Source of the DNA: a virus
Direction: 5' to 3' (one strand)
IMG/VR virus record: IMGVR_UViG_3300020180_000010
Coordinates: 32,001-96,000 of that record
DNA length: 64,000 nt
The notes under the pieces are model-generated. The model worked only from the letters and a program-made list of their open reading frames with translations, made no database searches and was not told the DNA's origin. Position 1 is the first letter of the stretch; the number at the start of each line of letters is the position of its first letter. Shown here piece by piece: positions 56,233-64,000 of this stretch. Position numbers and translations under genes: made by a program.

Positions 56233-58974
56233 TTAGAGAACGCCAATCCCGACTTTTATATAAATCCAGTTGACAGGATAGATCGGCTGGGCTCTTAGTG
56301 AAATGTTCCATTGTCTCGGATCCACCGAATCACGCACAACTTTCAAATCTGCGTATTTCGTTATCAATGACCCGGTAAACGAATTAAGCAATCCGATCGC
56401 GCGTGATGTCAAGCTTCCCTGAGTCGTATCATCTTCGGGATTACCTACGAACCCATCAAAGCCCAATCGAAGTGACTTGGCGATCCGGTCACGAATGAAG
56501 ATGATCGAAATCTCTTCCTCTTCCGGAAATCCGCTATTCGTTGTGGTCTTGCCCTGTATAACCTTGCCACCACCGGATACCGGCTGAACTACCGTGATGC
56601 CGGACCCAACCAACTGCTCCAATACAGTCGGTGAATACCGCTTATCGTTCAGAATAGTTATCCCGGCTAACGTCTTATTCGTTAGTGGGATCGCAACATT
56701 CGGCGTTCCGCAGAAGAACCCTGCGGCAGCCGCGGCCATGTAGAATCCGTCAATCTTTACCCGTTCTGTCCCGGCCTGCACGACAATCTCATCAGGATAC
56801 ATATACACGGCTCGGAATGTATTTCCGAATGCTGCCCTGACGCTATAGTTGGCAAGGTCTTCCGTATTTCCAGACAGGATCTCATTAATATCGTCTCCCT
56901 GAATACCTTCCAGGACTCCAATATCCTCAACCGCTGCCAATTTTGAGCCCCTGACATTGTCAGGAGTCAAACCACGAATACCGCCGCAGAACAGAACACG
57001 TTCGCGTTTGTTCTTGATATTGCTCATTGTTCTACAGTGAGCAAGTGTGTTCTGAAATATCGCGCTGATGGTCTGCTTGGGTAGCGGTACCACGATATCA
57101 ACTTCAACCGTTTCTAGCTTAGCAAGCGTTCCTAACCATCCTGCATCGAAGAAATCAGCGTCCCGATCATCAATCAGTGTCGTGCGGAGAGACTGTCCTG
57201 CCGGTACAACACTCTGATTCACCACTACGAATGAGCCGTTTTTCGTTGTATCGAATACTTCAAACGCAACGTTTGTTTCGTCAACAAAGTATTTCTTAAT
57301 CGTGATGGCGAAGTTATTTCCCGACACCACTCCTGCAATTAGGAATTTGCCATTATTTACTTCATTCGAAGACGCGGTGATCTTTACATTTAGTAATGTC
57401 AGTCCTGAAATCAAACTAAAGTCAGTCGAGGCACTTCCCAAAACTGCCTTCGTTCCATCAATCATATTAGGTGTGATGACACCATCACCAATTGTACTGA
57501 TGACAGTGCCGGATGAATTAACCAATTGGAACTGTACAGCAGTGGCGGATGTAAAGAGTGGGAACCTTACATTGAGTGATCCGCTCGATACTGCCGTTAT
57601 ATCGAATATGCCTTTGTTTACATCATTCGCAACATTAAACTGTTTAATCTTCTTACCTACATCGGAAGCCGTAAAGGTAAACGATGCACTGGTAAGGGTT
57701 GCGTTACCTGGACTTGCTACGGATGAAACCAATGTTCCGTTGGTACCGAATTTAGTTACGAGGGGTCTCTCGATAACCGTGTAGTAGTAAGCGTAGGTTG
57801 TGGTGCTGAAAATAAATGTATTGAGCGATGGCGTGGTGCTGGTATCACCTACCGTAAATAGTGGATGTTTGTTCGGAAGAACCTGAGTCTCGATACCCGT
57901 CGCGGTATTCGTTGTGAAGAAATGTAGATTTGAATTTACATCTGGTTTCACACCTACCGGAAGTGGGAATATGTACTCTTCAATATCCGTGCTGGTAGAC
58001 GATACTGATGTCGAAAGATCAAAAGCAGTACGTCTGGGCAATGCTGGTTTCGTCTGAAGCGTCACGACACCCGGAGTAGCGTTGGAGAACGCAATCTGAC
58101 AGCCAAGTGTTAGATTGTTATCAACGCTTGAAAGTCCATGTTTTTTCGATATATCTTCCATATTATCGAAAAATACCGGGTCATTCAGATCGGTAATCGA
58201 AATATACGCCGCAGTCAGGGAATCATTGCGAAGCAGAACGCCAGATTCAACTTTAACTTGGAAGGAATCGCCTTCTTTAAAGTTATTTGAGCCGAAGGTT
58301 GGGTTCTGATAAACGCTGAATCTTATAATGCCGTTCGAAACGATATTATTGTCAGATAGCCAGACAATTGGGTTTCCATAACCATCAAGTAACGCACCCG
58401 AAACTGAACCAAATGCCAAGAACTTGGCCGTTTGGGTCATCGGGGCTCCGTATCCGTCACGCTGGACCGATACGCATTTGATGGTCCAGGTTTCGGAAGG
58501 AGCGTTCAGGTCAACGACGCTGAGATTCTCAATCGTGCCGGAACCAAAATTTGAAGTAGATGGGAGATAGAATTTACCTCCCAGGTCAACCAAATGGGCA
58601 GACTGTAGTTCAATTCTGCCGGTGGCCGGATCTACTCTACAATCGTAAAAATCATCAAACGCATTTAGATCTATTTTGGCTTCTAGTAATTTTAGAGGTG
58701 AGCCGTTTCGATAAATGATTGTTCTGTTGATTACGTTTGGGAAGAGAGTGAGCTTGAAGTGACGTCCGTCAGCTCCGCTGGTTGAGGCGTAGGTTGGATT
58801 GAAACCATCCAAACCTCCACCCAAAGCTGAACTTACGATTACTTCGGTACGGGCTCCTTCGCCCATAATTGCTGCGAGGCGCACGCCTCCCGGAACCGAA
58901 ACGCCCGACGTTACCGTTTGGACATCTGTATATACTCCGGGAATTGCTCCCGCTGCACCTGGGATGTTAGCCAT
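56233..58974 (-). CDS. Tail sheath protein (expanded)
   Basis: N-terminal PGVY; C-terminal PLTNK, EISIIFIRDRI and YPVNWIYI. Confidence 0.88.
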   Translation of the reverse strand: MANIPGAAGAIPGVYTDVQTVTSGVSVPGGVRLAAIMGEGARTEVIVSSALGGGLDGFNPTYASTSGADGRHFKLTLFPNVINRTIIYRNGSPLKLLEAKIDLNAFDDFYDCRVDPATGRIELQSAHLVDLGGKFYLPSTSNFGSGTIENLSVVDLNAPSETWTIKCVSVQRDGYGAPMTQTAKFLAFGSVSGALLDGYGNPIVWLSDNNIVSNGIIRFSVYQNPTFGSNNFKEGDSFQVKVESGVLLRNDSLTAAYISITDLNDPVFFDNMEDISKKHGLSSVDNNLTLGCQIAFSNATPGVVTLQTKPALPRRTAFDLSTSVSSTSTDIEEYIFPLPVGVKPDVNSNLHFFTTNTATGIETQVLPNKHPLFTVGDTSTTPSLNTFIFSTTTYAYYYTVIERPLVTKFGTNGTLVSSVASPGNATLTSASFTFTASDVGKKIKQFNVANDVNKGIFDITAVSSGSLNVRFPLFTSATAVQFQLVNSSGTVISTIGDGVITPNMIDGTKAVLGSASTDFSLISGLTLLNVKITASSNEVNNGKFLIAGVVSGNNFAITIKKYFVDETNVAFEVFDTTKNGSFVVVNQSVVPAGQSLRTTLIDDRDADFFDAGWLGTLAKLETVEVDIVVPLPKQTISAIFQNTLAHCRTMSNIKNKRERVLFCGGIRGLTPDNVRGSKLAAVEDIGVLEGIQGDDINEILSGNTEDLANYSVRAAFGNTFRAVYMYPDEIVVQAGTERVKIDGFYMAAAAAGFFCGTPNVAIPLTNKTLAGITILNDKRYSPTVLEQLVGSGITVVQPVSGGGKVIQGKTTTNSGFPEEEEISIIFIRDRIAKSLRLGFDGFVGNPEDDTTQGSLTSRAIGLLNSFTGSLITKYADLKVVRDSVDPRQWNISLRAQPIYPVNWIYIKVGIGVL

Positions 58975-59102
58975 GAATTTTCCTATTCAAGTTAGTCATG
59001 ATGATGTTTGATTATTAGCTATTTCTGAATTTATCATTCTAACAATACCACCTAATATACAAGAAATTGCTACGACATTGATAAAATTATTAAAATAAAA
59101 TA

Positions 59103-59900
59103 TTAAAGTTGTAACAATACATCTAATAATGTTTGTGTTGAAGTGATGGTGATGTTCTGAGCCACGGGTGTCGTACCGGCAACATTTCCGAATTCTACGC
59201 TTGTCTTGATCACTTCTATAATATTTCCGATCGGAACATGTCTTCTCCATTCACTTCTAATATTCAGCGTAATGGTTTGTTTAAATAATTTATCGTTCCG
59301 ATCCTCAGCCTCTGTCCCACCACCAACCTGAACGCCCTTTACGGCCAAACCGGCATGTTCGAGTTTACGGAACCACAAATCAGCAAAAAATAAACTAACC
59401 TGTTGAGTCAGATCGTCCCTTCCACGAAGAGATCTTGACATTACTTCGATAGTAATCGAGCCTTCCCAGGCTCCCGCAAGAATAAAATATTCAGGAATTG
59501 CAAATGTTTTTATATTTCCATACCCATCCTGAAATACTCTTTTCCCCCACTGAACGCTTCCTTGCTCACGATTCAAAGAAATCGGAATAGAATTGGATCC
59601 GCCATGCCGGATAATCAATGCAGGATAGAAAATAGTATCTCTTCTGAAGGATTCTCCGATAAACAATCTTGTCGTGAGATCTTTAAGTTCTTCCGTATAT
59701 CCGGCGTCAGGATGAAGATCCGTATGATCCGGTGTATTAGCGAATCCAAACCGATCTCGATCAAATCTATAGTACGAATCTTTACTAAAATGTTCACGTA
59801 ACGAAGAAATAACCAATTCCTTCGGATACACGATCATCGTGTTCTGTACGACATGGTAGATCTGGTCAAGATCCGAACGTAGGAAATTATTCGTTACCAT
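59103..59900 (-). CDS. Neck / tail completion (terminator) protein
   Basis: Directly upstream of the sheath; YPALII...ITIEVMSRS...RDDL pattern. Confidence 0.6.
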   Translation of the reverse strand: MVTNNFLRSDLDQIYHVVQNTMIVYPKELVISSLREHFSKDSYYRFDRDRFGFANTPDHTDLHPDAGYTEELKDLTTRLFIGESFRRDTIFYPALIIRHGGSNSIPISLNREQGSVQWGKRVFQDGYGNIKTFAIPEYFILAGAWEGSITIEVMSRSLRGRDDLTQQVSLFFADLWFRKLEHAGLAVKGVQVGGGTEAEDRNDKLFKQTITLNIRSEWRRHVPIGNIIEVIKTSVEFGNVAGTTPVAQNITITSTQTLLDVLLQL

Positions 59901-59923
59901 CTTCTACCATCTATACTTAATAA

Positions 59924-60283
59924 TCACCGGTGACCCATGACCGCGGTAGATGGAGGATCATTCGTTACGGCACTGCAAGTAACCGTAAATCTCAAATTCG
60001 CATTCTGCCCGATCATATAATCAGATGGAAGTGATGTTATTTCCGCGTAATATGTAGAAGTACTGAACGCCGCAACGTTTGCAAACGTCAGGGTAAATGA
60101 CCCCGATGCAGATGAATCCAACATATATGAAGAGCAGGAAGAAATATTATTGTTCAGAATACCTGCCTCGGCTTGACATGAAATCCCTACCGCGTAGGCA
60201 TGTGTACCGCTGCTAGAGGAACCGGTAGCGATGGTATTTCCCTCTATCAGGACAGATGTATAATTATTTGTAAATTCTGGCAC
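59924..60283 (-). CDS. Small Ser/Thr-rich beta protein, probably virion-associated
   Basis: 119 aa, GTG start with an AAAGGA RBS-like site. Confidence 0.5.
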   Translation of the reverse strand: MPEFTNNYTSVLIEGNTIATGSSSSGTHAYAVGISCQAEAGILNNNISSCSSYMLDSSASGSFTLTFANVAAFSTSTYYAEITSLPSDYMIGQNANLRFTVTCSAVTNDPPSTAVMGHR

Positions 60284-60292
60284 GATTATCCT

Positions 60293-63200
60293 TTACGTAC
60301 CTGATGTTCTATCAACAATCAAAGCAGTATTGATTGTGCTGGATCCGTAATAATGTTGGTTAATAAATGTTACGTTGTAAGCAGTTATCCTGTTATTTCG
60401 AATAACTACGCTCGGTACCTGCACTGTAGGATCGGTAGGTGTCCGGATGCCAAGATGAATCCACGAACAAGTATTATTCTGTATGATCCAAGAGCCTGAA
60501 AAAACTCCGGTTGGAAAATTAACATTAGGTCTGACTCCACCCTGATAGACCAATCCGGTTCCGGCCCCACTGTAAATAAATCTGCAAGTGTTCTGATCTA
60601 CAAACAACATATTCTCTTTATCACGAATAACTGTTCCGTTAACCGTACTGAGCGGCGTATCCTGACGTGTCAGTATATTAATAGCTCCACAAATATTATC
60701 TTGAATCTTGCATTTTATCGCAATGATTCCTCTGATATTGTTGCCATTGGCAGTACTGCTGAAACTTATCAATTGGTTTCGATCGCAGATATTTTCCTTA
60801 ATGACAAAATTAACCGCATAACAAGTAGTCGCTCCGCTCGTTGTATTGCCCGTTACAGCGATCACGGCTCTCTTTACTTCTCCGGTAGCGGTACAGGAGA
60901 AACGGTTATTCTGAAGAATTACGTTCTGGAACGCTCCTCCGGATGATGGATATCGGAAATTTAGAGCCGCATAATGATCAACCGAACTAATAACAAATTC
61001 ACAATTCTGTATGGTTACGTTGGTTACGGGAGCCGTTACGGATCCAGCCAGACAATCAATCACTCCAGCATTGCTGTTGACTAGATTCGTTGATGTATAG
61101 GAGCTATCTGCCGTAGCCGGGGTGTATTCGAGCCGAATCCCATCAAGCGTTACGTTGCTCCCCAACTGAATCGAAGAGGCTCCGACAGCTGGCGTGCATC
61201 GAAATATCGCTCCGTCTCCCTCAAATTTTACTGGATAATCATACGCGAGAGATATCGGTGACGTTAGAGTGAATATCCCTTTCAATCGCACAATATTATT
61301 ATGGGTCGTGTTGTAACGCAGCCAATTATTTAGTCCAGTCAGGGTATTGAAATTACCATTTATTTGATTGCTCGTCCAAACGATCGGTATATTGGCAGAG
61401 CTGTCACGGGCAAATTTACGCGCATCCGAAACAGTCAAAGAGAAAGTAGTGGCGTTGGTAACATCCGAAACAACCAAATATAGTAAAGTTAGGTCTTTTC
61501 TTGCTATTGCGATCTTCTGAAAAGTCGTCGATTCTACTGTATAGGTAGAAGAATTGACTGGATTGAATAGTGTTACTTCTCTTGTGGGATTATTACTTAG
61601 ACTTATAGTTGAGTCGTAATCAGTAAGCGGTAACGTTCGGATATCTCCACGATCATCTACGCATACGGCCCAAAGAATCTTATTGTATGGAGATCCTGAA
61701 ATGTATTCCTGAACGATCGGGATACCGATTTTGAAATGATTCTGTTCAAGAAGTCTTCCGTTGACAAGTGCTAGGCCACCGGTAAACGATAACTGGTTTC
61801 CAGCTACACTTACCTGGTCAAATCCCCTCACAACACCATTCTGGTGAAGATGCCTGTCGCCTGAAGAAATCAGATCCAGTGCTGAGGTCGTTAGTTCTTT
61901 CTCACTAACATTGCCAAATTGACGTACATCACGAATGTAACTGACTTTTTTCGTTGGATCGTCGAGCTGACAAGAACCCAAGAAAAAAACTTCAAGATCT
62001 TGAATTAGCGATGGAAACAGATCAATAACTAATGATTCATTAGTAAATGAAACTGGAATTGTATTGAAATCAAACAGTATATCGATATGATCAACGTTCG
62101 TTTCATCATAAAATCTAGTTACGGTGCCACGTTTACCTGTTATGGCCGGGCCAAGATTATTGATTGAGTCACGACACAGGTATCCGGTATACGTACCATC
62201 GGTTTGATTGTAGCTCTGTATAAATAATGTTATTTTTTTATTAAGAGCTGAATCGTAGCCTCTTAGCTTTGAAGAAACTTTAATAATATTAGCCGTGGCT
62301 AGACTGACATTCGTTGTATTTCGATTAAACCGAGCACGCTCATGGGTGAACGTATGAGTTGCGGAATCAACATATATTTCGAAGTATCGTTTAAATAAAT
62401 CAGTACTGGTGGAGTTGATAACATTAAGTTTATCAAATGATACGGATTCATCACCAAAGTATATTCTTACCTTGATTCCAAGGCTTGTCGCGGCGACAGG
62501 GTTCCCGGCAGCATGGACTCCGTTATAAACTTCAATTATAGTTTTGTTAACCACACCGTCACACGCGTCAAACGTAACATTTTCAATTATAAATCTACCA
62601 TAATCGAAATCATTAATGGTCGTGGATGGGGTTACCGGTTGAACCAATAAGGTTTTACCAGGAATCAGCTCGGCTTTTGAAAGATCCAGTGGAATTTCGT
62701 ATTTTACACGAACCGTTTGGGATGGAAAAATATTCTTTTCTGAAATCGTTGCGAGCCAATATCCATCTTTAAACGTATCAACATATCCATCGCTGACTTG
62801 TCTTAGTGATGATCTTTCTATTCCATCAACGTAATAATTTTTAGCGTTCAGAGGAACGAAAATATTAGCGGATGTTTGAGACTGCTCAATCGTTATGAAT
62901 CCAGATCGATATGATGCCGAGGCGACATTTGCATTACTTCTTCCCAATCCTAACGGATCAAGATTATTAGAGGCATCACCGATGACATTATTGACGAGGG
63001 TCCCGACCAGAACGCCAATGTTATTCACGACACCAGAAATAATGCTGAATCCGGCATTCAGTATCGAGTCTGACATCATGATTCCGAATTCACCAGAACT
63101 CTGGAATGCTATGAATCTATAATTAAATCCTGCTCGGTGCAGCGCATCGTTTGTGCTCTGTACGATCGAATCAAGTGTATATTTGCCCGGCGTGGCACCG

Positions 63201-64000
63201 AGGTTCCCCGTGACATCAATCGGAGGGAGATTGATAGTTTTGGTTACAGGGTCACCATACGGATAAATAGCTAGATAAAGATTATAATTACTCGGGCCGA
63301 AGTTGTTTGGATCAAATCCTAAACCCAAGCACATAGCGGCTTTTGGATGGCCAAGGAGCAAAGATCCGTTTTGATTAAATTGGTTATTTACGGCAGAAAG
63401 CGCCAAAACACCAGATTTATTCTCGCTAAAAAGTGGTTTGTCTATCCGGGCAATCGCCAGAGCCGATTCCCTTATGTTTCTTCCAGCAATCCTAACGATA
63501 TATTTTCGATTCGGAGGAACCGCACCATCATAGGTAAACCGGATAGAATCGATAAGATACTGTACTTTCAAATCACCATAATCAACTGTAATTATGTATC
63601 CCGGTTTAACTTTTCCAAATTCAGAATCAAACTTGAATACTGCGTCATTCCCAGGAATGAATTCAATAATGTCATCGCCAACATTATTATCATCGACGAT
63701 CGATGAGACATTTGCGTGTCTCAGGTAAGTTTTAACAGGCGTGAACGGAACCGCGGCTCCGTATCCATCTGTATTGAGAATTACTCCACGGCATGTACGA
63801 CTGATGCCGTTGGCATGATGATTTTGCTGATGATTATTTGTAGATAAGAAATTTGTTTTGTCGATTGATTCAGCGAATTCCTGGACATCTTTAATTGTTT
63901 TCGGAATAATGAAAAAACCGCTAGAATCGAGCGAAACGGATCTGGCCGGGTGTGAAATGGTATCGGCATACCCATCCGTATGAACCAGACCATCTGCTCT
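60293..64000 (-). CDS. Large virion protein with C-terminal beta-helix (5' end beyond window)
   Basis: The frame of 60293..63571 stays open for another 143 codons to 64000 (RADGLVHTDGYADTISHP...). C-terminal NVTIQNC/NVILQNN/IKEN repeats suggest a parallel beta-helix. Confidence 0.75.
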   Translation of the reverse strand, partial: RADGLVHTDGYADTISHPARSVSLDSSGFFIIPKTIKDVQEFAESIDKTNFLSTNNHQQNHHANGISRTCRGVILNTDGYGAAVPFTPVKTYLRHANVSSIVDDNNVGDDIIEFIPGNDAVFKFDSEFGKVKPGYIITVDYGDLKVQYLIDSIRFTYDGAVPPNRKYIVRIAGRNIRESALAIARIDKPLFSENKSGVLALSAVNNQFNQNGSLLLGHPKAAMCLGLGFDPNNFGPSNYNLYLAIYPYGDPVTKTINLPPIDVTGNLGATPGKYTLDSIVQSTNDALHRAGFNYRFIAFQSSGEFGIMMSDSILNAGFSIISGVVNNIGVLVGTLVNNVIGDASNNLDPLGLGRSNANVASASYRSGFITIEQSQTSANIFVPLNAKNYYVDGIERSSLRQVSDGYVDTFKDGYWLATISEKNIFPSQTVRVKYEIPLDLSKAELIPGKTLLVQPVTPSTTINDFDYGRFIIENVTFDACDGVVNKTIIEVYNGVHAAGNPVAATSLGIKVRIYFGDESVSFDKLNVINSTSTDLFKRYFEIYVDSATHTFTHERARFNRNTTNVSLATANIIKVSSKLRGYDSALNKKITLFIQSYNQTDGTYTGYLCRDSINNLGPAITGKRGTVTRFYDETNVDHIDILFDFNTIPVSFTNESLVIDLFPSLIQDLEVFFLGSCQLDDPTKKVSYIRDVRQFGNVSEKELTTSALDLISSGDRHLHQNGVVRGFDQVSVAGNQLSFTGGLALVNGRLLEQNHFKIGIPIVQEYISGSPYNKILWAVCVDDRGDIRTLPLTDYDSTISLSNNPTREVTLFNPVNSSTYTVESTTFQKIAIARKDLTLLYLVVSDVTNATTFSLTVSDARKFARDSSANIPIVWTSNQINGNFNTLTGLNNWLRYNTTHNNIVRLKGIFTLTSPISLAYDYPVKFEGDGAIFRCTPAVGASSIQLGSNVTLDGIRLEYTPATADSSYTSTNLVNSNAGVIDCLAGSVTAPVTNVTIQNCEFVISSVDHYAALNFRYPSSGGAFQNVILQNNRFSCTATGEVKRAVIAVTGNTTSGATTCYAVNFVIKENICDRNQLISFSSTANGNNIRGIIAIKCKIQDNICGAINILTRQDTPLSTVNGTVIRDKENMLFVDQNTCRFIYSGAGTGLVYQGGVRPNVNFPTGVFSGSWIIQNNTCSWIHLGIRTPTDPTVQVPSVVIRNNRITAYNVTFINQHYYGSSTINTALIVDRTSGT

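Noticed and set aside
58996-59250. 84-aa minus-strand ORF, plus 42278..42529, 63781..63993 and the many short plus-strand ORFs
   Set aside because: They overlap well-supported genes in other frames or on the non-coding strand and show no recognisable motifs.
26120-60283. Bacterial extracellular contractile injection system or tailocin
   Set aside because: Contiguous with phage-type replication, RNR and sigma genes, has a frameshifting chaperone plus tape measure, and shows no bacterial housekeeping context.
1-64000. Eukaryotic giant virus origin (eukaryote-like RNR, repeat proteins, glycosyltransferases)
   Set aside because: A sigma70 factor, DnaB/DnaC, overlapping operon structure and a contractile tail indicate a bacteriophage.
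1-64000. Stop-codon reassignment
   Set aside because: Long genes are intact in the standard code, and TAA, TAG and TGA all terminate conserved genes at expected positions.

Overview
This 64 kb window is a segment of a large, contractile-tailed (myovirus-type, probably jumbo) dsDNA bacteriophage. Essentially all credible genes are on the minus strand and use the standard genetic code. In transcription order (right to left) it carries four blocks. (1) A tail and baseplate module at about 26-64 kb: a large virion protein cut by the window edge, a neck/completion protein, a 913-aa sheath, a tube, a tail-assembly chaperone pair joined by a -1 slippery site, a tape measure, hub and spike, a gp25-like protein, an expanded baseplate-J, a 2309-aa LamG-containing protein and a dockerin-motif protein. 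(2) A glycosylation cluster (GT4, two GT2, RmlB) with a membrane protein. (3) A tubulin/FtsZ homologue, an RNA ligase, an SF2 helicase and a replication module (putative initiator, DnaC-like loader, DnaB) interleaved with three mosaic HREDGPA-repeat genes. (4) Two FmdB zinc ribbons, a sigma factor, NrdB/NrdA, PIN-PhoH, MetAP and a tail-fibre-like gene cut by the left edge. The most unusual signals are a DGY tripeptide concentrated in virion proteins next to a glycosylation cluster, three dispersed repeat genes that share identical cassettes, a split dockerin-like motif pair, a possible envelope-spanning protein and recurring upstream motifs. I saw no tRNA, rRNA, CRISPR array, integrase or reverse transcriptase. 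All product calls come from motif recognition by eye, not from database searches.
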